This document shows, one piece after another, positions 1-8,709 of a DNA stretch of 47,390 nucleotides. The stretch spans positions 1 to 47,390 of the IMG/VR virus record IMGVR_UViG_3300033406_000194; one strand, 5' to 3'. The translations under genes were made by a program, and so were the position numbers. The stretch comes from a virus (Duplodnaviria; Caudoviricetes). The notes beneath the pieces are model-generated. The model did no database searches and was not told where the DNA came from. It saw only the letters and a program-made list of their open reading frames with translations. Positions within the stretch are counted from its first letter, which is position 1; every line of letters starts with the position of its first letter.

Positions 1-117
1 GCTGAACACCGAGGAAGCCCCTCTGCGGGGAAGCCCCCTCACGCTGCAAACCCTTTGGATCTATTGATTCAGTCTCCGCCATGCGTTGCAAGACGACTCA
101 GCCACACAGCAAGAATG

Positions 118-162
118 AAAAACGGGCAGTATTCTCGCAGAAAAAGAATACTGCCCGTTTTA
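118..162. terminator. Intrinsic terminator downstream of leuA (probably bidirectional)
   Basis: AAAACGGGCAGTATTC...GAATACTGCCCGTTTT inverted repeat with A/T tracts on both sides, just past the leuA stop. Confidence 0.8.
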
Positions 163-177
163 TGTCGTTCTGATGAA

Positions 178-1860
178 TTATGCCACAATACTGCGGTTAA
201 TGGCGGAGAGAATTCCCTTCAGGGGAGCAAGATTAATATTTGGTGAAATACCAACCCCAAACACATCCTCCCCCTCCAGGGTTCGAAGATGGATATAGGC
301 AACCGCCGCGGAATCCGAGCCGTTGGAAATGGCATGCTCCTTATAATCTACAAAGGTAAAGCGATCCATTTTCTGGCCCCGAATCGCATTGAAAAAGGAG
401 TCAATAGGCCCATTCCCTGTTCCGCTGACCTCAAAGACGGTTTCCTTGTGGCGGAGCGTACCGTTGAAGGCAACATGAGAAATCCCCTGTTCATCCGCTG
501 TTTCATGGAAAGAGTGCTTGATCATCTCATAGGGCTCTGTCGCGTCAATATAAGCGGCCTTAAACAGCTCATAAATGCGCTCCGCCTTCAGTTCCTTTCC
601 GACACGGTCGGTTTCGGCCTGGACAATGGCTCCAAATTCGGGATGCATGGCCTTGGGCAGATCAAAACCGAAATTCTGCTGCATAATAAAGGCCGCGCCG
701 CCCTTGCCGGATTGGCTGTTGATGCGGATGATCGGTTCATACTGCCGTCCCACATCGGCGGGATCAATCGGCAGGTAGGGCACCTCCCAGTATTCAGACC
801 GACTCTCCTGCATATAGTGCGTCCCTTTATTAATGGCATCCTGATGAGAGCCGGAGAAGGCGGTAAACACCAGCTCACCCACATAGGGCTGGCGCTCCCC
901 AATGCGCATTTTTGTGACGCGCTCGTAGATGTCCCGAAGCTTATTAATGTCCGAAAAATCCAACCGGGGGTCAACGCCCTGCGTGTAAAGGTTCAGTGCC
1001 AGGGTCACCATATCCACATTGCCCGTTCGCTCCCCGTTTCCGAACAAGGTAGCCTCCACACGTTCAGCGCCTGCGAGCAGGCCCATCTCCGCGGTCGCCA
1101 CACCGCAGCCGCGGTCATTGTGTGGATGGAGTGAGATCGTGGCACAGTCCCGTGAGGGCAGTTTACGAATAAAATATTCAATTTCATCGGCAAAATAATT
1201 GGGCATACAGTTTTCCACGGTGGTGGGCAAATTGAGAATCACCCTGGAGTCCGGCGTTGCGTGGAGCGCCTCCATCACCCTTTGGCAGATAGAGACCGCA
1301 TTGTCCATTTCGGTGCCCATGAAGGATTCCGGCGAATACTCATAGCGCAGATCCACTCCCGCGGCAATGGCAGGCTGTGAGAGCTCATAGATCAGCTTGG
1401 CGGCATCCACGGCAATCTGGGTAATGCCCTCCATATCCATCTGGAACACCACCTTGCGTTGGAGGGTGGAAGTCGAGTTATAGAAATGGAAAATGACGTG
1501 CTTTGCGCCTTCAATCGCCTCAAAGGTCTTTTGGATCAGATGAGGACGCGCCTGTACCAGAACCTGAATCGTGACGTCGTCCGGGATATGGTTTCCATCA
1601 ATGAGCGTGCGGAGAAATTCATATTCCGTCTCCGATGCGGATGGAAAACCAACCTCAATTTCCTTGACGCCAATATCCACCAAAGCGTGAAACAGTTCCA
1701 GCTTCTCCTCTACATTCATGGGGTCAACCAGCGCCTGATTGCCATCGCGCAGGTCGACAGAGCACCAGACCGGTGCCTGTTTCAGTTCCTTGTCAGGCCA
1801 GGTGCGGTCAGGAAGCGCAATGGGCTGGAACGGAATATACTTTTGAAATCTTTCTTTCAT
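178..1860 (-). CDS. leuA: 2-isopropylmalate synthase (yeast/Leu4-like type)
   Basis: DLRDGNQAL, HPHNDRG, GNGERTGN and FSGSHQDAI motifs, C-terminal regulatory domain (GNGPID), GAAGGAGG RBS, Leu T-box upstream. Confidence 0.97.
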   Translation of the reverse strand: MKERFQKYIPFQPIALPDRTWPDKELKQAPVWCSVDLRDGNQALVDPMNVEEKLELFHALVDIGVKEIEVGFPSASETEYEFLRTLIDGNHIPDDVTIQVLVQARPHLIQKTFEAIEGAKHVIFHFYNSTSTLQRKVVFQMDMEGITQIAVDAAKLIYELSQPAIAAGVDLRYEYSPESFMGTEMDNAVSICQRVMEALHATPDSRVILNLPTTVENCMPNYFADEIEYFIRKLPSRDCATISLHPHNDRGCGVATAEMGLLAGAERVEATLFGNGERTGNVDMVTLALNLYTQGVDPRLDFSDINKLRDIYERVTKMRIGERQPYVGELVFTAFSGSHQDAINKGTHYMQESRSEYWEVPYLPIDPADVGRQYEPIIRINSQSGKGGAAFIMQQNFGFDLPKAMHPEFGAIVQAETDRVGKELKAERIYELFKAAYIDATEPYEMIKHSFHETADEQGISHVAFNGTLRHKETVFEVSGTGNGPIDSFFNAIRGQKMDRFTFVDYKEHAISNGSDSAAVAYIHLRTLEGEDVFGVGISPNINLAPLKGILSAINRSIVA

Positions 1861-1878
1861 AAAAAAGCCTCCTTCAAA

Positions 1879-2140
1879 ACAAAAAATCCCTGACAGAAAT
1901 ACTGTCAGGGACGCTGTAAGCGTGTTACCACCCTAATTCCGCTGCCGATTACCCGACAGCGCTCTGAAACCTCCAACAAGGTCTGACCGATAACGGGGTC
2001 AAACGTTCTGCCTTAACCAAGCCGGTTCGGACAGACAGCTTCGGGATGAGCGATGCACCAAAATCCGCCGTACCGGTTCGCACCAACCACCGGCTCTCTG
2101 AACGTGGAGAAATGGTCTTATTCCCTTCATTGCTTTTGAA
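1879..2140 (-). promoter_or_regulatory. T-box riboswitch, Leu (CUC) specifier
   Basis: Minus strand: AGAGAGC and GGTGCGAA stem I motifs, CTC specifier (2048-2050), T-box AATTAGGGTGGTAACACG (1921-1938), terminator TCCCTGACAG...CTGTCAGGGA plus U tract. Confidence 0.93.
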
Positions 2141-2219
2141 TTATTGGTACTTTATATTTAAACAAAAAGAGCAGGTTTTGTCAAGTAGGAAAATGAATTG
2201 AAAATTGCGTATTTTTTAC

Positions 2220-2247
2220 TTGACAAACGGGATAATATTGATATAAT
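2220..2247 (+). promoter_or_regulatory. SigA promoter of tRNA-Gln
   Basis: TTGACA-16-TATAAT with extended -10 TG. Confidence 0.8.
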
Positions 2248-2290
2248 AGTTTTTGCGCTGTTGAAAACCATAGCGAAACAACATGAATAT

Positions 2291-2364
2291 AGCGGGTTTG
2301 TGTAAAGGTAGCACGACAGACTCTGACTCTGTTTGTGAGGGTTCGAATCCTTCACCCGCTGCCA
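2291..2364 (+). tRNA. tRNA-Gln (anticodon CTG)
   Basis: Acceptor AGCGGGT/ACCCGCT-G-CCA, anticodon arm ACAGA-CTCTGAC-TCTGT, T arm GAGGG-TTCGAAT-CCTTC. Confidence 0.97.
2319..2364 (+). repeat. Left att core (within tRNA-Gln)
   Basis: GACTCTGACTCTGTTTGTGAGGGTTCGAATCCTTCACCCGCTGCCA, identical to 44813-44858. Confidence 0.96.
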
Positions 2365-2366
2365 GT

Positions 2367-2418
2367 GAAAAAAGCCCCGTAAGCCTTGATTCTCTAGGCT
2401 TACGGGATTTTTATTTTT
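2367..2418 (+). terminator. Phage-supplied terminator for the reconstituted tRNA
   Basis: CCCGTAAGCCT...AGGCTTACGGG hairpin followed by T-rich tract. Confidence 0.8.
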
Positions 2419-2567
2419 CTGATGATGGATTATTTTTATAATGTTTTGGAACGTTACGGAACATTTCGCGGTTAAAACTATGGTTAAAATTAATGTGGCA
2501 TCTCTCTATGCTGTGCCGTGTTGCGCCACGCCCCCCTTTACCCCACCCCTCTTATGTATCGCCCCGA

Positions 2568-2635
2568 TAAACAAAAAACCACCCCCGCATAAGCAGGGGC
2601 GGAAATAAAGAAGAGAGGATGAAAAAATGAACGGC
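2568..2635 (-). ncRNA. Candidate small RNA (about 65 nt) with pyrimidine-rich anti-RBS segment
   Basis: TG-C-TATAAT extended -10 at 2639-2647 and terminator CCGCCCCTGC-TTAT-GCGGGGGTGG-T6; no ORF between them. Confidence 0.55.
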
Positions 2636-2673
2636 ACTATTATAGCAAATATTGTTTAAAGTAGTCTGCAAAG

Positions 2674-2704
2674 TAAAGCCCTCCCCAGGCGGTGAGGAGG
2701 GCTT
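2674..2704 (-). terminator. Terminator after the DUF2283-like gene
   Basis: AAGCCCTCC...GGAGGGCTT hairpin. Confidence 0.65.
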
Positions 2705-2710
2705 AAACGA

Positions 2711-2971
2711 TCAGCACTCTATTTTGCTCATAATGTCCGCGAAGGAGAATGGGACCTCTTCCGGCAGGTGTGGCAATCTCTGCGAACGGTATTTTTTGCA
2801 AAAACTAAGGACGGTAAACCCGGTGAGTTTTCTGGTAGCCATGTCCCTTAGTAAAATAATATCGTCCTGGCTGTCGTCCCCGTATGAATTTTCGTTGTCT
2901 TGCAACGCAACGTATAGAGTGTCATACTTCTTATCGTAATTAATTCTTGGTGTCAGCACGATACAAAGCAT
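2711..2971 (-). CDS. DUF2283-family protein (putative antitoxin); true start may be GTG at 2959
   Basis: INYDKKYDTLYVAL...IILLRD...LTGFTVL pattern typical of DUF2283; AAAGGAG RBS. Confidence 0.7.
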   Translation of the reverse strand: MLCIVLTPRINYDKKYDTLYVALQDNENSYGDDSQDDIILLRDMATRKLTGFTVLSFCKKYRSQRLPHLPEEVPFSFADIMSKIEC

Positions 2972-3150
2972 CTCCTTTCACTCCCCCAGTTGCACTATCA
3001 GAATTGTAAGCAGTGACAACCGAAGCGTATCCGCCGAGTACGTTCGCAATTACCTTTGTGTAACGAGTTCCATTACCATAGTATGTAGCGTTTGGAGTTT
3101 CTTTACAATATAATTGTCTTTTGTTAATAGGTGCTTTTTTATTTTGTGCT
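2940..3150 (-). pseudogene. 5'-truncated toxin-like (RelE/PBECR-like fold) gene fragment
   Basis: Open frame ...PINKRQLYCKETPNATYYGNGTRYTKVIANVLGGYASVVTAY... overlapping the DUF2283 start; preceded by a stop with no start codon. Confidence 0.45.
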
Positions 3151-3189
3151 TACTTTGCATTTTGAGCACTATTTTGTCAACCGCTCCAA

Positions 3190-3999
3190 TCAGGCGCTAA
3201 TAACCGGATCCATCCCGGCCGCAATCAACGCCCTATCAAAAGCGCCGCCCCGGTACTCAAACACCAGGCTCCGCACCTGGTCGTGGGACAGGTCGATCAC
3301 ATCCGTATTGCCGGTTGCGTCGCTGCCGTCACCCTTGATTACCTTGGCATCCATCAGGGTGTTGATCACATCCTGGAACCCATAATCATTGGGGATGTCG
3401 CTCAACTTTTCATACCTTACCATATCATCGTCCTCCTCGTCAGTTGTTGTAGTGGTGGTAGTTTCAGTCAGCCTTGCCTTAAACGCCGTCCATGCCGTTT
3501 CATCGACCACGTAGGGCGCGGGGCAAACCTTGTGCGTCACGTCGTAATGGCGGATCACATGGTCAACGTCAATGTCGTACTCCTCCATGAGCGCCTTGAC
3601 CAGCTCCACGGCCTTATCAATGGTCTCATCATCAAAATACCAGTTGCCGGAGCTGGCCGAGGTATCGGACGTGTCATTATGACAGGCCAGCTCAATGCCG
3701 ATGCTGTTACTGTTCCTGCACTCGTCGTGGTAGTACGTCCCGGATGTACCGCAGTGCCACGCCTTGTCCACCAGATCAACACTCTGATAAATCTGTGCGT
3801 CCTCGTCAGCATTGCCTACAAATAGATGCGCTGACGCCTCACGCCCGGAGGTCATGAAATACTTGGCGTTGGCCTTGCCTGTGCCGGTGCTGCCGGTGTA
3901 ATGCATGACTATGTACAAGATGGTGCGGGAGGTGCAATTGGTGTAATTCCCGCTGCTGCACGGGTAGTCTGTATTGATATCAAGATCGCTGAGACTCAT
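3190..3999 (-). CDS. Endolysin, N-acetylmuramoyl-L-alanine amidase (Amidase_2)
   Basis: IVMHYT, SAH, AWHCG, NSNSIGIEL and HYDVTHKVCP Zn-amidase motifs; Thr/Asp linker; C-terminal domain. Confidence 0.92.
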   Translation of the reverse strand: MSLSDLDINTDYPCSSGNYTNCTSRTILYIVMHYTGSTGTGKANAKYFMTSGREASAHLFVGNADEDAQIYQSVDLVDKAWHCGTSGTYYHDECRNSNSIGIELACHNDTSDTSASSGNWYFDDETIDKAVELVKALMEEYDIDVDHVIRHYDVTHKVCPAPYVVDETAWTAFKARLTETTTTTTTDEEDDDMVRYEKLSDIPNDYGFQDVINTLMDAKVIKGDGSDATGNTDVIDLSHDQVRSLVFEYRGGAFDRALIAAGMDPVISA

Positions 4000-4079
4000 A
4001 CGCCCTCTGCCCCCTCTCCGAAGCCCTTGTTGTCGTCATCGTCGTCGCCTGTCCAATCGTTTACAAAATTAGCCCACAT
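3996..4079 (-). CDS. 27-aa acidic peptide translationally coupled to the endolysin
   Basis: GGGGGTG RBS, MWANFVNDWTGDDDDDNKGFGEGAEGV*, ATGA overlap with the lysin start. Confidence 0.45.
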   Translation of the reverse strand: MWANFVNDWTGDDDDDNKGFGEGAEGV

Positions 4080-4091
4080 AAAAACACCCCC

Positions 4092-4775
4092 TTATGCCGC
4101 CAACTTAGCGGTAATTGCCGCCTTGATGGCCGCCGTGTCCATGTCGCCGGTTACGGTAATTCCGAGGGCTGTGGCCGATGCGGTCAGGCTCGCTAGCTCC
4201 GCCGCCGCTGCCGATTCCTCTGCTTCTGTAGCCGCTGCAGAGGTTAAGGCAGTTACGATATCAGCGGTGGTCATGCTGTCCGTCACGGTGATTCCTGCCG
4301 CTGTGGCAAGCGTGACGAGGGCGGCGCGGGCATCTGTGGCGGCATCCGTCGCCGTGGTGGTGGCTGCCGTCTCCGCCGTGGTCTCCGCTGCGGCCGCGTC
4401 CGTCGCAGTCTCACTTGACGCGGAAGCACTCTCGGACGCGTCCGAACTGGATCCAGAGCCCGAACCGCTGTCCGTGTCGTCGGTGCTGATGGAAGAAAGC
4501 CAACCGGCCTTTGTGTTAAAGTAAGTCACAATACTGTCGATCTGCGCGGAAAGCCACGTGGTTACCGTGATCCCAGCGGCCTCCAATTGGGCGATGACCC
4601 AGGCTTTCTTTTCTGTGCCGAGCCCGGATTCACTCACCGCTGATTCGGCTTCCTGGATCAGCGACGTGACCAAAGAGAGAATGGACGTTTTCTTGGACGT
4701 CAAGATCACCGCCAGAATCGCGCAGATTCCGGCCAGCACCAGCCCGGAACCAATTTCTTGGATATAACTCAACAT
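4092..4775 (-). CDS. Holin (LL-H-like) with long acidic Ser/Thr/Ala-rich C-terminal extension
   Basis: GGAGG RBS, N-terminal TM, LIQEAE...GTEKKAWVIAQL...IDSIV holin pattern, position upstream of the lysin. Confidence 0.7.
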   Translation of the reverse strand: MLSYIQEIGSGLVLAGICAILAVILTSKKTSILSLVTSLIQEAESAVSESGLGTEKKAWVIAQLEAAGITVTTWLSAQIDSIVTYFNTKAGWLSSISTDDTDSGSGSGSSSDASESASASSETATDAAAAETTAETAATTTATDAATDARAALVTLATAAGITVTDSMTTADIVTALTSAAATEAEESAAAAELASLTASATALGITVTGDMDTAAIKAAITAKLAA

Positions 4776-4794
4776 AAAATTACCTCCTACTAAA

Positions 4795-5103
4795 TTAATT
4801 ATCGCGGTCAGTGTTTGGCACTGTTGCCGCCGATTTAATTTTCTCCGTGTTTTCCGCCTTTGTTTTGTTATAGTAGAAACTAATGCTTGTCCCGTACGCA
4901 CCCCACACTGCGGTGATCAGTGCGGTCAGATAGGGCAGACTGCCGGTGAATGACTGCTCAATGGCATCATCAACAAAGCCAAGGACGCGCCATGTGGTAT
5001 AGGCAACCAGCAGCGTTTCAAAAATCAGGATCAACTTAGAAAACTCTAGCGATTTATTGACCGTCTGCGTCCGCTGCGCTATGACAGCCCTTGTTTGGTT
5101 CAT
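4795..5103 (-). CDS. Two-TM membrane protein of the lysis module (holin-like)
   Basis: EFSKLIL...two hydrophobic helices...FYYNKTKAENTEKI; ATGA overlap. Confidence 0.7.
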   Translation of the reverse strand: MNQTRAVIAQRTQTVNKSLEFSKLILIFETLLVAYTTWRVLGFVDDAIEQSFTGSLPYLTALITAVWGAYGTSISFYYNKTKAENTEKIKSAATVPNTDRDN

Positions 5104-5438
5104 CCGTCCCGCACCTCCAGCTCTCTTATGGCGGCAACGATATCCGTCACAGCTCCATTGCCGCCCAGGTTGTGGTACTCCTCGTACATCTTGACCACCG
5201 CCTCCAGTCCATGGTATGTAATCCATCCCCGGTCATGGTAATGATAGTAGGCCGTCAAAATTCTGTCGCGGAGCAGCGCCTGAATCCCACCCTCTACCGC
5301 CCTCTGGCGCTCGTCCGCGTCCGTCTGCCGCTTACTCTGTGCCTCCAGCAGCTTATCCCGCCGCTTACCACCAACAGTTACGATGGCGCAAAGGATGGTC
5401 GCCGCGGCGGTGATTAATGTACTGATAATGGTGATCAT
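5100..5438 (-). CDS. Lysis-module membrane protein (N-terminal TM)
   Basis: TM helix plus ALLRDRI...MYEEYHNLGGNG motif common upstream of Firmicutes phage holins. Confidence 0.75.
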   Translation of the reverse strand: MITIISTLITAAATILCAIVTVGGKRRDKLLEAQSKRQTDADERQRAVEGGIQALLRDRILTAYYHYHDRGWITYHGLEAVVKMYEEYHNLGGNGAVTDIVAAIRELEVRDG

Positions 5439-5554
5439 GTGGCTTCCTCCGTGTCTGCGTCCAGCAACGCTTGCACCGCCGCTTTCCAGGTGCTCGGCAC
5501 CTGATCAATGGTGCGGTACCCCGCTTTGATCAGGTCGTAATAAATTTTTGCCAT
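5435..5554 (-). CDS. XkdX/CD1375-like small protein
   Basis: MAKIYYDLIKAGYRTIDQVPSTWKAAVQALL; overlaps both neighbouring stop/start codons. Confidence 0.75.
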   Translation of the reverse strand: MAKIYYDLIKAGYRTIDQVPSTWKAAVQALLDADTEEAT

Positions 5555-5886
5555 TAGGTCGTCCCTCCTAATAAGGTTTCCGCCAGCTCTGCAATGGCCA
5601 GCTTATTTTCCAGGTTATGCGCCGCTTCGGCTTCCGCAAGTTCGGCTATGGCAATCTGCGTTTGGGTCAGCGTGTCCGGCTCCGATTCGGTTTCTGTCGT
5701 CGTATCCTCAGTCGGAGCAGAAAACACGCCATCCGTATAGCTCCATCTCTCTTGCACCTCGTCATCCGCCTCCACACATGACTCTGCAAAGTCCTCTCCA
5801 TACCAATAAGCAACGCTTGGTGTTGTGGCTTCATCGGGGATGATCTCCCGCACAACGCCGTTTTCAAATCTCACCCATTTGCTCAT
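5554..5886 (-). CDS. Tail fibre-associated/assembly protein
   Basis: WSYTDGVFSAP motif and C-terminal AIAELAE repeats; follows the fibre gene. Confidence 0.6.
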   Translation of the reverse strand: MSKWVRFENGVVREIIPDEATTPSVAYWYGEDFAESCVEADDEVQERWSYTDGVFSAPTEDTTTETESEPDTLTQTQIAIAELAEAEAAHNLENKLAIAELAETLLGGTT

Positions 5887-6941
5887 GCCGCCACTCCCTC
5901 AATGTAGATGTACACCGCACCAGCGGCACCTGCCCCTCCTGTCACTGTGCCTGATGCGGCGTAAGAAGTGGACGAGGAACCACAGGCTGCTGCACCACCG
6001 CCGCTTCCGGGGCTTGTCGCAGCTCCCCCGGTTCCAGACATCGCCGTTCCAGCCACGGTAACGCCTACCCCTGTACCAGCGGAGAGGCCATCCTCCAAAG
6101 TCGGGCAGGTCTGAACATTAACAGCTACCGTGGAATACCCATCGCAATTAGCAGAGCCTCCAGCGCCAAGCGTCTTAACGCCAGTGAATGGATTTACGCA
6201 CTCGGCAGGATATGTGTTTCCTCCAAACGCGAGATAAGAGTACGTAAAGTTAAGGAAATCCTTTGATTTTTCCCCCATGGCCGGTGCTACAGTGGGAGTC
6301 GTTGACAACATGCTACCTGTAAAATTAGCGCTCCCCATTGCATCGGAGCCTTGACCCCCTGTTGAGCCATTGACAATATTGAGGGTCCCGGTTGCCGCTC
6401 CACCTCCTCCACCGCCAGAGGCCGTTGTTCCGTTGAATGCGGATGAACCACCAGAACTTCCGGATGTAGCTCCAGCCGAACTAGCTGAGGACCCTAATAT
6501 AATTCCGCCAGCGCCTCCAGCGCCTACAACAACCGTATATGTTGTGCCAGGGGTTACCGTAAAATAAGCAACTTTGGTTCTGCCCGACGCCCCGCCTGTG
6601 GCTGTTCCGTAGTGGTGACTAGAGCCATAATATGTTGCATAGCAAGCTCCACCGCCGCCACCCCCGGCTTTGATGTACACGCCTATTTTATAGGTGCGTC
6701 CATCGCCAAACACATCAGGAGCAGTCCAGGTGTAGGTACCCGACGTGGTGTAAGATTGGAGGAGTTTCCACGCGGCGTTGATCTGATTAAAGGTATTGCT
6801 TTTTAATGTTGTGATACTGGCGTTGGCTGTATAAAGCAAACTGTCAATTGTGTCCGAATTGCTATTAAAGTTCGACGGTCCTATTTTTTCTGATCCGTCT
6901 GGTTTAGCTAAATTGTAATGAGATGTATATGTAATCCCCAA
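5883..6941 (-). CDS. Glycine-rich tail fibre/receptor-binding protein
   Basis: N-terminal YNLAKPD...NSDTID anchor, TSGTYTWTAP and AGGGGG...VTPGTTYTVVVGAGG Gly-rich domain. Confidence 0.8.
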   Translation of the reverse strand: MGITYTSHYNLAKPDGSEKIGPSNFNSNSDTIDSLLYTANASITTLKSNTFNQINAAWKLLQSYTTSGTYTWTAPDVFGDGRTYKIGVYIKAGGGGGGACYATYYGSSHHYGTATGGASGRTKVAYFTVTPGTTYTVVVGAGGAGGIILGSSASSAGATSGSSGGSSAFNGTTASGGGGGGAATGTLNIVNGSTGGQGSDAMGSANFTGSMLSTTPTVAPAMGEKSKDFLNFTYSYLAFGGNTYPAECVNPFTGVKTLGAGGSANCDGYSTVAVNVQTCPTLEDGLSAGTGVGVTVAGTAMSGTGGAATSPGSGGGAAACGSSSTSYAASGTVTGGAGAAGAVYIYIEGVAA

Positions 6942-6954
6942 TTAACCCACCCTT

Positions 6955-7533
6955 TCAAATGCCTTGTGCGCCCTCGTCCCATGTGTAGCTTGATTTATCA
7001 TCGAATGTTTCCGCTTGATAGTAATACCAATCCCACGTTCCCTTCAACGCCGCGATGTAATTTGTCAGCACTCCAGAAGGAGCGGGAACCAAATAACCAT
7101 TTGTAAGCAATTCGGACAAAATGGTGTCCGTGCTATCCAAAATCATTGCAATGTTTATTGACATGTCCTGGTTGTCCTGGATTACAACTTTTTCGCTTTC
7201 AAAGATTGCGGATACCAGGTCTTCGTATTCTGACCTCGTGCCGTCCCACTGGTTTGTCAGTATTTTTGACATTAGCACAAGCCTATAATTATCATCTGAA
7301 AGCACCGACGAACTGGAGGTCGGCTGAAAATTCAGAAGCCGGTCTACTCCGAGAATAACTCCGACGGAATCCAATTGAGTTCCGACGGCGTTGTCGAGGT
7401 CAAAATAGGAATACATGGTCGAAAGGCACATTTGGATGTCGTTCACCACGGCGATAACTGCCGTAAGCCATGCGATAAATTTGGATTTATTTTTATTCTG
7501 CGGTGGAATCAAATCAATGTAAGTTTGTATCAT
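6955..7533 (-). CDS. Baseplate protein (DUF2612-like)
   Basis: FDLDNAVGTQLD...GVDR...DDNYR...DNQDMS pattern; follows baseplate J. Confidence 0.8.
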   Translation of the reverse strand: MIQTYIDLIPPQNKNKSKFIAWLTAVIAVVNDIQMCLSTMYSYFDLDNAVGTQLDSVGVILGVDRLLNFQPTSSSSVLSDDNYRLVLMSKILTNQWDGTRSEYEDLVSAIFESEKVVIQDNQDMSINIAMILDSTDTILSELLTNGYLVPAPSGVLTNYIAALKGTWDWYYYQAETFDDKSSYTWDEGAQGI

Positions 7534-8709
7534 TTAACTCACCGTCACTGTTACATTATCTGAATCTCCATAAGCAGCCGCATTGAATGCTATTGTTACG
7601 TTACTTGAGCTGAGAGTGCCGCCGCTGACCGCCGCCGTGATGCTTGTTATAGAAAATGCTGGCTTTGTGATGTCCGGCAACGCCTGTATTGCAGCACCCC
7701 ACAAGGACGAAATAACCACGTCTGAACCTATCGCGAGGCTGTTTAGGTAATTTGCAACATACGCCTGAATATTGGTCGCCAGCGTGTCGGAATAGCCCGT
7801 CATGGCCGTTATCGCAATAGAAACGTCAATCGTAACTGACGTTGGGCGGTAAAACGAAATATCGGTTTCGAACCCGTCGTCATCTGTCTCCGTGATCGTG
7901 GTCGTTCCATAGGTCCCACAGCCGGGCGTTTTGTGATAATAAATTTGAGTCGCAACATCCGAGTCTGCGCCACCTTCTGCAACTACGCTAATGCTGTGGG
8001 CTGGAATTCCGTTTGAATCCGCTGAACCCGTGTTGTTTTCGTATATTACGGCGCGTGTCACTCCTGAGACATTCAAAACCGCCGCAAGTATCCCGTCTTT
8101 TACCGTAGCTGACGGTGCTTCAGTTGAAATGGTTTGCCGCGTCCTTAGGCTAGAATCCGTCTCTGCGTCCGTTCCCACTGTCGCGGCGACTACGTTTGAA
8201 ACGGATGTCCATCCATATAACGGCGTTGCAATCGTGTTAATGGTCCCAATGTCCGCTGAAATAGCGCCAGCCGTTTCGCATGTGGCCGTAACTGACGCAA
8301 CGCCACTATCTCCAATCGTTGTAGTCGTCGGCAAGTCCCATTTATACCCTGATGTGTCCGAAGCAACGCCGGAAGTAATTACCGTTCCAGCAATCCCCCC
8401 GATAGATAGTAGACAAGTGGAATTTGATGCAGACTTTCTTGATATTCCGTTAAGCTTCACAACGGAATCAAGTCCGGTTCCGACGGCGGTAGCCGGAGAC
8501 TGATTATTTACCGCCAGTTGGCAAAGCTGCATTGTGTCATACAGCGCAGATGAAATAGACGCGATCCACTGCATATCCTGGCTGTCGTTGTCGAGGTAAA
8601 TATCAGACCCAAAAATAGATTGTGCTTGAGCAATCAAGTAGTCTTGAATTTCCGTAAACGTTGGTGTGTGAAGCCCGGTTGAATCAAAATAAGGGGCCGT
8701 ATACGACAT
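7534..8709 (-). CDS. Baseplate J/gp47-family protein
   Basis: TAVGTGLD...GISRK, ETDSSLRTR, YEN.T...GIPAHSI motifs. Confidence 0.9.
   Translation of the reverse strand: MSYTAPYFDSTGLHTPTFTEIQDYLIAQAQSIFGSDIYLDNDSQDMQWIASISSALYDTMQLCQLAVNNQSPATAVGTGLDSVVKLNGISRKSASNSTCLLSIGGIAGTVITSGVASDTSGYKWDLPTTTTIGDSGVASVTATCETAGAISADIGTINTIATPLYGWTSVSNVVAATVGTDAETDSSLRTRQTISTEAPSATVKDGILAAVLNVSGVTRAVIYENNTGSADSNGIPAHSISVVAEGGADSDVATQIYYHKTPGCGTYGTTTITETDDDGFETDISFYRPTSVTIDVSIAITAMTGYSDTLATNIQAYVANYLNSLAIGSDVVISSLWGAAIQALPDITKPAFSITSITAAVSGGTLSSSNVTIAFNAAAYGDSDNVTVTVS

Noticed and set aside
289-1893. Long plus-strand ORFs (281 aa, 144 aa) opposite leuA
   Set aside because: Antisense shadows of a conserved gene; no RBS or recognisable motifs
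3283-4767. Plus-strand ORFs opposite the lysin and holin
   Set aside because: Low-complexity antisense frames of GC-rich genes
5883-6941. Tail fibre as target of a diversity-generating retroelement or invertase
   Set aside because: No reverse transcriptase, template repeat, invertase or flanking inverted repeats seen
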